A stretch of 53,244 nt of DNA from the NCBI RefSeq assembly GCF_001194135.2, contig NC_069001.1, positions 20,504,002 to 20,557,245 of the forward strand, read 5' to 3'. Under the pieces are notes generated by a model. That model was not told the DNA's origin. It saw nothing but the letters and a program-made list of their open reading frames with translations, and ran no database searches. Position numbers and translations under genes: made by a program. Numbering within the stretch: the first letter of the stretch is position 1; each line of letters starts with the position of its first letter. Positions 1 through 12,334 of the stretch are shown piece after piece. This DNA is from Octopus bimaculoides (lineage: Eukaryota).

Positions 1-334
1 ATATAGGATTATGGGTATATATGTATATATTTACATCTGTGTACCTCTGTGTAGACTACATATTCATATGTGTGTATGTATATATGGATATATGGCTGTA
101 TTTATGTCTATATATAAATCTATGTGGACTGCATGTTCATGGGCATGTGTGTTGGTATATGGATATGTGTATATATATGTGGATGTATGGGCGTGTATAA
201 GTGTGTGTATGTTTGTGTATGTATGTGAGATTCATAACGTGCTTTGTAGTGTTTGTATATGTAGGTATATACAATACATGTGTGTATTAGCATATAAGGT
301 TAATTCTGAGTATGCATAAATGGACATATATGAC

Positions 335-532
335 TACTTTCATGCCCTTCTTACTCCTCTCTTTACTGGGTCTTAATCTGGACACTGTATGGGAGTGAGG
401 AAATTGTACTTCATTGAACATACATGCTGGGGAAAATACAAGGGTACTTCATGCCCTTCTTATCTCACTCTCTTTACTGGCCCTTAATCTGGATGATGTA
501 TGGGAGGGAGCGAAAAATTATACTTCATTGAA
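335..532. repeat. Diverged tandem duplication, ~110-bp period
   Basis: tactt(t/c)catgcccttctta...ttaatctgga...tgtatgggag...tacttcattgaa starts at 335 and again at 445. Confidence 0.8.
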
Positions 533-546
533 TCAAATTCAAAATG

Positions 547-972
547 TACTCTTTACTCTTTTTACTCTTTTACTTGTTTCAGTCATTTGACTGCGGCCAT
601 GCTGCAGCACCGCCTTTAGTCGAGAAAATCAACCCCAGGACTTATTCTTTGGATGCCTAGTACTTATTCTATTGGTCTCTTTTGCCAAACCGCTATGTTA
701 TGGGGACGTAAACACACCAGCATCGGTTGTCAAGCGATGATGGGGGACAAACACAGACACACAAACATATACACACACATACATACATATATATATATAC
801 ATATATACGACGGGCTTCTTTCAGTTTCCGTCTCCCAAATCCACTCACAAGGCTTTGGTCGGCCCGAGGCTATAGTAGAAGACACTTGCCCAAGGTGCCA
901 TGCAGTGGGAATGAACCCAGAATCATGTGGTTGGTAAGCAAGCTACTTACCACACAGCCACTCCTGTTGCCT
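547..972 (-). mobile_element. Octopus-type tRNA-related SINE, family A (full length)
   Basis: Head aggc..caggagtggctgtgtggtaag, internal (TA)/(TG) microsatellite and (GAGTAAAA)n tail. Homologous to the copies at 1237, 14820, 17065 and 43215. Confidence 0.85.
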
Positions 973-1179
973 AACCTCCCTTCTAGCTCCCTGATATAAT
1001 GCTTTGCTTCCGTTGTTTTTCCAATCTTTCCAGGCTTACTTTTATAGCACCATCCACCTCCTTATTCACCACCAAGTCACCCTTGGCCTGGCTGCACTAC
1101 ACTACCTAGCAAATGTTTACTCAGATCTTTTTAAACATGAAAAAAAGCCCCTCAGTGACTACCTTCCTGTTGTCCTTCC

Positions 1180-1388
1180 CATGTATACAATTTTAGGGCT
1201 ACAAACATCAACGTTGGCATAATGAAGTGGAAATCATGGTGTAGGAGTGACTGTGTGGTAAGTACCTTGATTACCAACCACATGGTTCCAGGTTCAGTCC
1301 CACTGCGTGGCACCTTGGGCAAGTGTCTTCTATTATAGCCTCGGGCCGAGTGGATTTGGTAGACGGAAACTAAAAGAAGCCTGTCGTA

Positions 1389-1475
<87 letters not shown>

Positions 1476-4400
1476 TTGTGTGTCTGTGTTTGTCCCCCCA
1501 CCATCGCTTGACAACCGATGCTGGTGTGTTTACGTCCCTGTAACTTAGCGGTTCGGCAAAAAGAGACTGATAGAATAAGTACTAGGCTTACAAAGAATAA
1601 GTCCTGGGGTCGATTTTCTCGACTAAAGGCGGTGCTCCAGCATGGCCGCAGTCAAATGACCGAAACAAGTAGAAGAGTTGAAGAGTAGAGAGATTGTTGA
1701 AATGATGGAGTATCATCATGTTGATATGTGTGGTGTGTAAGAAGTGAGATGGAAAGGAGCCTCTTCTAGATTCTGCATGGGTAACAAACAGAGTTTTAAA
1801 TTTCTGGAGTGGGTGGTGTGGGCATACTCTAAGCAGAAAAGTGGGTAGATAAGGTAATTGAAGTAGTCAGAGTGTGTGACAGGGTTATTAAGTTGAGACT
1901 TATCATAGATAACTTAACAATTACATTTATTACTACTTATGCTCCACAGGCTGAGTTAGCTGATGATCTGAAGGACTGATTCTATGAAGTCCTTTTGCAG
2001 ACTACCTCAATGACAAATGATAGAAACTTCGTTATTGTGGCTGGTGACTTTATTGGACACGTTGGGCAGCATTCCCATGGATTCCATAGTGTGCATAGTG
2101 GTTGTGGCTTTGGCACCAGGAAGGTACAAGGCTATTTGAGTTCGGTGATGCAAATGATCTAATGATTTGCCACACTAACTTTAGAAAGCTAGCTAGCCAC
2201 CTAATTACTTATCAATCTGGTGGGAATATAAGCCTGGTTGATTACCTCCTCACCAGGCAAGGAGACAAGCAGATGCTCACAAATGCAAAGTACTTCCCAG
2301 GTGAAGAGTGTACACTCCAACATAGGCTACTAGTTAGTGACTTCAGAATTAGGGCTAGAAAGACTCTAAGACACAAACCACACTGGAAAAGGAGATTATA
2401 GAAGCTTAAAGACCCAGCAAACCAACAAAAATGTAGACATTCTACTGGAGGTCTCAAAGGAGGAAGAAGGGACATATAGCTTAAAGGACAACTGGAAGTT
2501 CCTGCAGGACAATTTACTGGATACTATTGACCAAATCTGCGGTTGGTGCAAGGTCCCACCCAGGCCAAGGGTGACTTGGTAGTGAATAAGGAGGTGGATG
2601 GTGCTATAAAAGCAAAGTGACAAGCCTGGAAAGATTGGAAAAATAGTGGAAGCAAAGCATTATATCAGGGAGCTAGAAGGGAGGCTAGGTGACGGGTTTA
2701 CATAGCAAAAGGAATAGCAGCAGAAGGTAAGAAGTTTGCCAATGTTATGCAGCATGAGGATCAGAGGCATGAGATGTTCAGGATTGCAAAGCAGTGTATC
2801 AGAGAGAATAGAGTTGTGGTGGGTGAGAAATGTGTGCGAATGGATGATGGTATGTTTGCACTTAGTGACTCAGAGAAGAAAGATGCATGGAGATGCCATT
2901 ATGAAAGGTTGTTAAATGCAGAGAATGATTGGGTGAAGGAGAGTCTTTCAAATACTGAACCGGTTGAGGGACCAGCTACCGGAATGGATAAAGCAGTTAA
3001 GAAAATGAAGACTAGGAAAGCCCCTGGACCATCAGGTATCACTGCTGAGATGATTGGAATACCAGGTAGTGTGGGATACAGCCTAGTCACTCGCATAGTT
3101 AATCAGGTTATTCAGGAAGGCGTCATCCTCAAAGACTGGTGTAGCAGTATTATAGTCAGCTGCTACAAGGGTAAAGGTGATGCCTTAGATAGAAACAATT
3201 ACAGAGGTATCAAACTGCTGGATCAGGTTATGAAAATAACAGAGAGAGTTATATCTCAACTAATTAGGGATAGAATTAAACTGGATGAGATGCAGTTTGG
3301 TTTTGTTCCTGGGAGAAGTACTACAGATGCCATCTTCATAGTGAAGACAAATGCAAGATAAGTATTTTGCCAAAAGTAAGCCACTGTACTTAGCCTTCGT
3401 CGACCTGGAGAAAGCTTTTGACAGGCTTTCCTGTTCTCTTACCTGGTAGTCTCTAAGGAAGTTAGGAGTAAAGGAGTGGCTTGTTAGAGCGGTTCAAGCC
3501 ATGTATAGTGATGCTGTCAGTAAGGTGAGAGTTGGCAATGAATACAGTGATGAATTCAACATACAAGTTGGAGTATACCAGGGATCAGTTCTTAGTCCAC
3601 TCTTATTTATCATAGTTCTCCAGGCCATAATAGATGAATATAAAACTGGATGCCCATGGGAACTACTGTATGCTGATGATCTTGCTCTTATTGCAGAATC
3701 TGAAGCAGAATTGAAGAAGTTCCATGTTTGGAAGCAAAACCTGGAATCAAAGGGCATTAAAATTAACTTAGCTAAGACTAAAGTTGTTGTTGGTGAGACA
3801 GGAGATAACACTTTCATTCTGGCTGGCAAATGGCTCTGTTCAATATGATGGTAAGGATGGGATGTAATTCCATTCGCTGCACCAAGTGTAACTTATAGAT
3901 GCATAAGAGATGCAGTGGAATCATGGCAAGGCTATCAGATAAGGTTGCTTTCATGTGTGGCAGATGTGCAGGAACAGTAAGTACTAAGAGCACAAGGGAC
4001 TTAAACTCTCTCAAATGTCCAGGAGGTAGTAGATAGTTTCTGCTATTTTGGTGACCAAATTGGTAATGGTGGTGGATGCTCTGAAAGTATTGTTTCTAGA
4101 ATGAGAATAGGGTGGAGGAAGTTCAGAGAACTACTACTTCTGTTGGCAGCAAAAGGACTCTCTCTCAGATTGAAAGGTAGGTTGTACGATGCTTGTGTGA
4201 GAACAGCTATGTTACATGGGAGTGAGACATGGGCTCTGATTGCAGACAACATGTGTAGGGTGGAAAAGAATGAAGACAGTATGCTCCATTGGATTTGCAA
4301 CATCAGTGTGCATGACTGGCAAAGCACAACTGTATTGAGAGAAAAGTTAGGCATAGGAAGGATTAATGTGATATACAGGAGAGGAGAATGCATTGGTTTG

Positions 4401-4600
4401 GACATGTGATGTGTATGAGTGAAGAGAACTGCATGCAGAAGTGCCTGCCATTGGAAGTGGATGGTACCTGTGGAAGAGGGAGGCCCAGGAAGACATGGGA
4501 TGAAGTGGTGAGGACTGATCTTAGGATGTTGGGGCTCATCGAGGAAATGACAGTAGACTAAGATGTTTGGCACTATGGGGTCCTAGGGAAGACCCATCCA
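1180..4600 (+). mobile_element. Degenerate near full-length RTE-clade LINE (AP endonuclease + reverse transcriptase)
   Basis: APE motifs VAGDFIGHVG and LVDYLL, QHRLLVSDF. RT motifs KAPGPSGI, NYRGIKLL, QFGFVPGRST, LLYADDL. 3' motifs RTAMLHGSETW and GRPRKTWDEVV. Multiple stops and frameshifts. Confidence 0.93.
1237..1690 (+). mobile_element. SINE family A (full length), nested in the endonuclease region of the RTE LINE
   Basis: Same sequence as 547-972 in the opposite orientation. RTE APE codons lie on both sides (NINVGIMK before, EIVEMMEYHHVD after). Confidence 0.85.
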
Positions 4601-5149
4601 CAAAACTGAGTGCTAGAAGAGTTGTATCCGACCCACATGTAACAACACTCTTTTCACCCACTCTACCCTAAGAAATCAAATTAGAACCCCTTTTCTAATT
4701 GCATCTTTCTCTTCCTCACATTTCCTCCTCAGACATTATCATTGTTTTCCAATCCCCTTTCTTGCCCTCACTGCCATGCTCACTGTACCACTACTCTCCA
4801 CACACCCACACCCACTCCCTATTTTTCTAACCAGGTTCTATGCTCATATTCTTGTTACTTGTGAGTATACCCTAACACTACACCATCTTTCTTCTGCTCT
4901 CTCTTACACCTTTGCTGTTTCCTACTCGCTCTCTCTCTTTCCCTTTGGTCACCCTCTCTCTCCTTCTTTTGATTTTCCTCTGAATAAATAACTATCACCT
5001 TTACATCAGCACATTTGTTTCTGGCCTCTTTCTGTACCTCTTTCTCACTCTCTCTCTCTCACTCACACACACACCTGCTTCTGTCACTCTGTCTCTTTGT
5101 CGCACTCTAACTTTCATCCTCTGACACAAATGCCCTGCCCCTCTCATAA

Positions 5150-5474
5150 TTCATTGTCTTGTGAGTTACTTGGTTACCCTGCCAGTGCTGGTGCTACGTT
5201 AAAACCATCCAGTCCACATTGTAACGTGGTTGGCATCTGGAAGGGCATCCAGCTGTAAAAATCATGCCAAAACTAACCTTGCTTGTGCTAGTGCCATGTA
5301 AAAAGTACTGAGTCCACTCTGCAGAGTGGTTGGTGTTAGGAAGGGTATCTAACTGTGAAATCACTGCCAAATCAGACCCAGTAGCCTTGGGTAGATTTTC
5401 GACCTGGCCGGCTTCTCTCAGCCATCCTACCCATGCATGCACGGAAGATGGACGTTAAATAATGATGATGACAT
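5150..5474 (+). mobile_element. RTE 3'-tail sequence (family D) ending in (GAT)n; possibly the 3' UTR of the RTE at 1180-4600
   Basis: ggaagggcatccagctgta...ccatgc...ggacgttaaa-tgatgatga is shared with the 3' end of the RTE at 7545. Confidence 0.7.
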
Positions 5475-5730
5475 CTATGCAGAATATGTGCACACACACA
5501 CACACTAACATATGCATTATGCAGCTTGTTTGTCTTTGGGTGTGTGCACATAACAGTTTGTATATGCACATAATTGCAAGTTTCATATATTTTTCGGATA
5601 TTTTGATGTCAGACTTGGTACACAGGGTTGTCCACCAATGTACTTTTGAGCACTCATTCTTACTGTTTGATATTTGTGTGTGTGTGTGTCTGTGTGTATG
5701 TGTGTGTATGTGTGTGTATGTGTGTGTATG

Positions 5731-5773
<43 letters not shown>

Positions 5774-6060
5774 GTTTATGTATGTACATATATGTACATA
5801 ACAAAAAACTCCTCAAACAAATCTTTTACTCCCAACTATGAAAGGTGAAAAGAAACCATGGAAGAACTAGACTGAGATTCAACGATACTGCAGAAAGGAA
5901 TATGAAGTGGAAAGGATTTGATCATAATAGATGGCAAACTCAAGCAAAAAAAAAAAACGACCAGTATGGAGATAGCATGCCAAAGCCATGAACAATCATA
6001 ATTGTGATGACTGATTGCAGATAATAAAAATAATAATAATAATGATAATAATAATAATAA

Positions 6061-7075
6061 TGTCTTGGTATAGAAGACGGGCTACAGCAAATATTCTGCT
6101 TAATACCACAGATTTGCTTGTCAGTTGTTTGACCTTAACCAGTTGAGCATGTCTCTTGGTGGCTGATGATATGTGTATCTCTGATCATGAGCAGAAGTAG
6201 TGGTGGGAGCATCATAGCCATGTGTTGAGAGGAATTCTTTGGGGTTTGAGTAATTCATCTTTGGAAACATGGATCTCAACATCCTTAAACAAACCTTATT
6301 CAGGGACCTTTTGAGTGGGATGGGCTACTTGACCTGAAGAAAATTCTAAATGGGCCCCACCTGTGTGGTCATGTGCTGTTTATCTTGATATGAGATCACC
6401 ATGTCGCACACATATGGTTGTGATGCATGTGCCTGGTGTACCCTTATCAGATGGGTAGTCATATTGGCTATACTTGGCTTTGTATATTTTACCCCAGTGT
6501 CACTTTGATTGCTTGTACTGCCGTCTCACTCAATAATAATAATAATAAATGCCCTGGTGCAGTAAATGTCCTGATACAGTACCAGACAGTGGCTCTTGTA
6601 GTTTTTGATCTTAACTGGTTGGAAGTGTTATCATGTTTTGTCTTGATATAAAAGACGGGCTATAGCAAATATTCTGCTCAATACCACAGATTTGTTTGTC
6701 AGTTTCTTGACCTTATCGAGTTGAGCATGTTCCTTAGTGACTGACGATATGTGCATCTCTGATCATGAGCAGAAGTAGTGGGGGAGCATCATTGCCATGT
6801 GTTGAGAGGAATTTTTGGGGTTTGTATAATTCACCTTTGGAAACATGGGTGTTTCGTTCAACATCCTTAAACAAACCTTATTCAGGGACCTTTTGAGTGG
6901 AACGGTCTCCTTGACCTGAAGAAAATTCTAACTGGGCTCCACCTGCAAGGTCATGCACCATTTATCTTGATATAAGATCACTATGTCATGCACATATGGT
7001 TGTGATGCATGTGCCTGGTGTACCCTTATCACACAGGTAATCATGATGGCATGCACTGCTCTCTCACTCAATAAT
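6061..7075. mobile_element. Two tandem direct copies (6061-6535, 6547-7075) of a ~500-bp non-coding interspersed repeat bounded by (AAT)n
   Basis: The copies align over their full length (aagacgggcta...gagcagaagtagtg...tctcactcaataataat), with AAT runs at all three junctions. Confidence 0.85.
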
Positions 7076-7097
7076 AATAATAATAATAATAGAAATA

Positions 7098-7298
7098 ATG
7101 ATCCTTTCTATGAGAAGCACAAGTCCTGAAATTTTGGGGGAGGGGATCCCAATGTCTCAATGGTACTCAATTTATCGACCTCAAAAGGATGAAAGGCAAA
7201 GTCGATCTCAGTGGAATTTGAACTCAAACGTAGCAACAGACAAAATACTGCCAAGCATTTCACTTGGCATGCTAACCATTCTTGCCAGTTGACCACCT
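7098..7298 (-). mobile_element. tRNA-related SINE, family B
   Basis: Reverse complement shows a tRNA-like head (gagttcaaattcc B-box-like) followed by gactttgcctttcatccttttgaggtcgataaa. Homolog at 36563. Confidence 0.8.
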
Positions 7299-7299
7299 T

Positions 7300-7304
7300 C
7301 AATA

Positions 7305-7373
<69 letters not shown>

Positions 7374-7398
7374 GATAATAATAATTATAATAATCACA

Positions 7399-7460
<62 letters not shown>
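7300..7460. repeat. Compound microsatellite (AAT)n-(CA)n
   Basis: Seen directly. Confidence 0.95.
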
Positions 7461-7461
<1 letters not shown>

Positions 7462-7544
7462 GCACTCACAAATATAAATATATGTACGTAAGTGAGTGAG
7501 CAAACGAAAGAAAGTAGCATTCAAACACATTTGGTTGGAGATAC

Positions 7545-9990
7545 ATCATCATCATCATCATCATTATAGTTTAATGTCTGCTTTCCATGCTAGCATGGGT
7601 TGGATGATTTGACTGAGGACTGGCAAACCAGATGGCTGCACCAGTCTCCAATTTGATCTGGCAGTGTTTCTACAGCTGGATGCTCTTCCTAACGCCAACC
7701 CCTCCAAGAGTGTAGTGGGTGCTTTTACGTGCCACTGGCACAAGGGCCAGTCAGGCGGTATTGGCAACGGCCACGCTCAAAATGGTGTATTTTACATGCC
7801 ACCTGCACAGGAGCCAGTCCATCGGCACTGACAACGACCTCAAATGTTTTTTCACGTGCCACCGGCACAAGTGCCAGTAAAGCGACACTGGTAATGATCA
7901 CTCTCAAATGGTGTAATTTATGTGCCACTGGCACGGTTGCCAAACAGCTGCTCTGGCAATGATCACGCTCGGTGCCAGTCATCGAATTTTGTTCAGTTAT
8001 GATTTTGATTTCACTTGCCCCAACAGGTCTTCACAAACAGAGTTTAGTGTCCAATGAAGGAAAGGTTGGCATGGGTGCCAGTTGTTGAATTTGGTTCAAT
8101 TTCGATTTCACTGGCCCCAACAGGTCTTCACAAGCAGAGTTTAGTGTCTAATGAAGGAAAGGTATGCATAAGTGGGCTGGCTACACCCCTGGCAGAGGCC
8201 ACAGATTATGGTCTCACTTGGCTTGCCGGGTCTTCTCATGTACTGCATATTTCCAAGGTCTCAGTCAGTAGTCATTGCTTCAGTGAGGCCTAATGCTCAA
8301 AGGTCGTGCTTCACCACCTCATTCCTGGGTCTACCTCTTCCACAGGTTCCCTCAACTGCTAGGGTGTGGCATTTTTTCACACAGCTATCCTCATCCATTC
8401 TCGCCACATGACCATACCATCCCACATGACAATCGTCTCTCTTGCACACCACAACTGATGTTTCTTACACTCCATCGGAGCATACTGGCTTCATTCCTTG
8501 CGAGCTTACACATGTCCTCAGCATTCATGGCCCATGTTTCACTGCCACGTAGCATGGCTGTTCGTACACATGCATCATACAGTCTGCCTTTTACTCTGAG
8601 CGAGAGGCCCTTTGTCACCAGCAGAAGTAAGAGCTCTCTGAACTTTGCCCAGGTTATTCTTATTCTAGCAGCTACACTTTCAGCACACCCTCCCCCGCTA
8701 CAAACTTGGTCACCTAGGTAACGGAAGCTATCAACTACTTCTAGTTTTTCTCCCTGGAATGTGGCGGAAGTTGTTTTCTGCACATTCTCAGTNNNNNNNN
8801 NNNNNNNNNNNNNNNNNNNNNNNNNNNNNNNNNNNNNNNNNNNNNNNNNNNNNNNNNNNNNNNNNNNNNNNNNNNNNNNNNNNNNNNNNNNNNNNNNNNN
8901 NNNNNNNNNNNNNNNNNNNNNNNNNNNNNNNNNNNNNNNNNNNNNNNNNNNNNNNNNNNNNACCTGAAGGGGTTTGTGTTTTATCTACCTTCCTACTTAT
9001 TAGGACTTTGGTTTTATCTAGGTTGACTCTAAGGCCCTTCGATTCTAGTCCTTGCTTCCACACCTGAAACTTCTCCTCTAGTTCTGATAGTGACTCAGCA
9101 ATTAGCACAAGGTCATCAGCATAGAGGAGCTCCCAGGGGCATCCTGTCTTGAATTCCTCTGTTATTGCCTGGAGGACTATGATAAATAGGAGGGGACTGA
9201 GGACTGAACCTTGGTGGATCCCTACCTCTACCCAGAATTCTTCACTGTACTCGTTGCCAACCCTCACCTTACTGACAGTGTCCATGTACATGGCTTGCAC
9301 AGCTCTCACTAACCAGTCATCTATCCCTAGTTTCCTCATTGACCACCAGATAAGGGAATGGGGAACCCTGTCGAAGGCTTTCCCCATGTCAACGAAGGCC
9401 AGGTATCTTTGGCTAGGTATTTCTCCTGCAGCTGTTTTACCAGAAATATAGCATCAGCGGTGCTTTTCCCTGGCATGAACCCAAACTACATCTCATCTAA
9501 ACTGACTCTCTCCTTAATTAGTTGGGCTATGACCCTCTCCATGACTTTCATTACCTGATCCAACAACTTGATACCTCTGTAATTGTTTGTGTCTAAAGCA
9601 TCACCTTTACCTTTGTAGCAGTTGACTATGGTGCTGCTACACCAGTCGTTGGGTATGACTCCTTCATGTATCACCTGGTTAACAATACGGGTGACTAGGC
9701 TATAGCCGACACTGCCAGATATTTTGAGCATCTCTACAGTGATTCCTGATGGGCCGGTGGCCTTCCCTGTCTTCATACTTTTAATTGCTTTATCTACCAT
9801 GGTACTGTCAACTCGGATAGCTGGTCCCTCTGTTGGGTCGGCATTCGGCAGACTCTCTTTCTCCCATTCATTTTCTTTATTGAGCAACCTTTCATAATGG
9901 CGTCTCCAAACCTCTCTCTTTGCAGCCACATTTAGTGCAAGTGAACCATCATCCATGCTGACACATTTCTCTCCTGCGACATCACGAAAT
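7545..9990 (-). mobile_element. 5'-truncated RTE LINE (RT domain, 3' UTR, (GAT)n tail), same family as 1180-4600; interrupted by gap 8793-8961
   Basis: ORFs 9486-10028, 8788-9387 and 8391-8783 give KATGPSGI, NYRGIKLL, KAFDRVP, LLYADDL, RTAMLRGSETW. The tail ends in catcatcat on the + strand. Confidence 0.93.
7971..8163. repeat. ~100-bp tandem duplication inside the RTE 3' UTR
   Basis: gtgccagt...gatttcact.gccccaacaggtcttcacaa.cagagtttagtgtc.aatgaaggaaaggt occurs twice. Confidence 0.8.
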
Positions 9991-10014
9991 GACATGGCAA
10001 AAATGAAACAATGA

Positions 10015-10430
10015 GTTAATATGTACATCTATGCCAACAAGACAAAAGGCATATATGAGATGAACATTTCTATGCAAACAAGACTTCTTACAAGCACAAT
10101 CATCAAAACATACAAGAAAACAAACAGCTCTACATACAACAACGTAAACACTGAAGTAAAAGAGTTGGTTACCCTTCTGAATATAGAGGAGTGTGTGAAT
10201 TACCTTGCCACGCCTCCCCCATATATCCCTCTTAAGGATCTTAATCCTTTCTAATCCTAAATGCAAGCTGATTAAACACTTTAAGAGCAAAATAGGCAAA
10301 GTAAGCAAGTGTATTCTCCACACTATTAATTCTGATTTTAGAAGGGCTACAAGGTTAAGCCAATGTGATTATAACACCACAGTAATCGACCAGTTCTATA
10401 TCATTGAGTATAAAGCAATCTGCAGATTTA
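10015..10430 (+). mobile_element. Penelope-like element fragment (pre-RT/RT N-terminal region)
   Basis: KTYKKTNSSTYNNVNTEVKEL...YIPLKD...NPKCKLIKHFKSKIGKVSKCILHTIN resembles the PLE motif FITLKDHK...PKCRLINP.KSEIG. Confidence 0.7.
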
Positions 10431-10534
10431 TCCATAATATGGACTAAACAGAACGAGAGGAGACACATGGGATAAAGTGTTGCTGAAGAGGTCACAGGAT
10501 GTGTGATGAAAGAGCTTAGACAAGGGACACTAAA

Positions 10535-10584
<50 letters not shown>

Positions 10585-10712
10585 GCTGAAGTGACAACCA
10601 AGTATTTAGTGCGTGTGTTTAACTGGCAAAAATATGACCATCTCCAAATATAACATCTGTTTCAACATAGGATTTCACATCAAGAATTTTGCCAAACAAA
10701 TACATAAACATA

Positions 10713-10761
<49 letters not shown>

Positions 10762-10945
10762 ATACATAATACACACACATATATAAGAAGTAAAAGAAAA
10801 GGTGAAGTTGCAGGTATTTATTTTTATTTATCATGTATCACTTCTACTTACATAAAACATTATTTGTGTGTGCAACAATATTTTCTGTATATTTCATGTA
10901 ACTACATTTGGCTCCTTTTTCATTAACTTTCTCAAATATTTGCAG

Positions 10946-11021
10946 CTTGACGGAACGCCATAAAGTTGCTATCCGTGTGATACGAAAAATAAAATATTTT
11001 GTTTCTCGTAGGAAACTTCTG
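10946..11021 (+). CDS. KCNQ1: KCNQ1-type voltage-gated K+ channel, internal exon encoding helix B (calmodulin-binding): (x)LTERHKVAIRVIRKIKYFVSRRKLL
   Basis: Acceptor tttgcag and donor gtgagt. The 76-bp length equals human KCNQ1 exon 12 (recalled). The peptide aligns to [25 protein letters not shown] and is in frame with the next exon. Confidence 0.93.
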
Positions 11022-11397
11022 GTGAGTACTACACTTTGATATTGACAGAAAGTAAAATGAGATAAGATATGGGAAATATTAAAACACTGTTTTCTTTAAA
11101 TGCAGGGGGAAAAAAGCAGTAATTAAAAGGTTCATGTTCAGTAATTGCAAAATGCTGGGTAAAGTTTCCAATTTCATTTATCTGAATTAGTAAGAAGCTT
11201 ATGATTTTTATATAACCATAGACTGCATACTAACATAAGATCAATCTTTGGGTAAATTGTGATAAATACACACTCACATACAAACACACAAACATGCATA
11301 TATATGTATGTAAATGCATATTTATATGTGCATATATATATGTGTGTGTGTGTGTGTGTGTATGTGTGTGTGTGTGTGTGTGTTGTGTGTGTACATA

Positions 11398-12150
11398 CAC
11401 AGGTGGTTTTGGATGAATTTGAAAATCTCATCCAAAAATAAAAGCATTTTCAAAAATCAAAAAATATCAACTATATTATGGCTGGGAGACAACATTTTAC
11501 TCAAAGTAGTCATCCTCAGCTTCCACAATGTCCTCAAAACAACTCTAGAGTCATGTGCATCCATTCCTCAATGTACCCCTGTGAATATATTCAATCACCT
11601 CCTTGATTTTGGCTACCAGCTTGGCCTTGGTGTTGCAGGCAGAGCAGCTAGTGTCTTTCTCAACTACACACTACACATGTTATTCCTTGGGATTACAATT
11701 GGGGAAATTAGGAGGCCAGAAATTGGGGCTGGTGAAGTCATAAAAATTCTCTGACAACCACTTCTGACTCTTTCTGGAGGTATGGTAAAGAGTTGACTCC
11801 TACTGCCACACATATGGCATTCCAGCAGCAACCCTCTCCAGCTAGGGATTGGCCATTCTCCAGCAATCTGAATTGACTGTAAGGCTCTATTCAAAGATGT
11901 GAGTCAGCATGATGTCACCCTCACTAGACACGCACCCAAAGACCACCACAGTTTGGAGGAACTTGGTTTTCACGATCTCCATGTCACATCTTACAGCTTT
12001 TACAGTGCTCATAGAACAATGAGCAGCAGACATGATGTTGGTGTTTTGATGCCAGTGTGAACCATCATGATACTGGCAACTCTTTTTCAATATACAGATG
12101 GCTTCCAGGCTTCCATTTCAGCTAACTTTTTCTCAACTACGACTGTAATC
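11398..12150 (-). pseudogene. Tc1/mariner transposase remnant, maT (DD37D)-like, with one terminus
   Basis: Minus-strand VVFGCVSSEGD, LERVAAG.PYVWQ, SQKWLSENF, WPPNFPNCNP, VEAEDDYFE*. TA followed by a CACAGGTGG TIR-like end at 11396-11406. Confidence 0.8.
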
Positions 12151-12334
12151 TTTATGCTCCCCAACACCAATGACTGTTTACCAATACATCAAGCTGCTCC
12201 TGAGGAGAGGAAGTATAAAAACCATCAAATTTAGCCTGAATACCCTGTGCCTACTTCTTCATCCATTCCTCCATCCATCCATCCATCCACTTTTCTGTCC
12301 TTCCTTCTTTCTTTCCTCCCTTCTTTTCTAAGGG

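Noticed and set aside
11-319. ORFs rich in YI, CV, HT, RE or poly-M/I/Y (e.g. 11-319, 1152-1514, 7108-7530, 32468-32695, 37506-37880, 52096-52378)
   Set aside because: Translations of microsatellites and SINEs; no splice context or homology.
7230-7298. tRNA-like A/B-box sequences at SINE heads
   Set aside because: No complete cloverleaf; each continues into a SINE body, so they are not tRNA genes.
6061-8163. Regularly repeated blocks that might suggest a CRISPR-like array
   Set aside because: No short constant repeat with unique spacers; these are eukaryotic TE duplications.
1-10945. Additional upstream KCNQ exons (and a further BDH2 exon in 51638-53244)
   Set aside because: No segment with matching peptide and splice sites was found; they probably lie outside the window, though a poorly conserved linker exon could have been missed.
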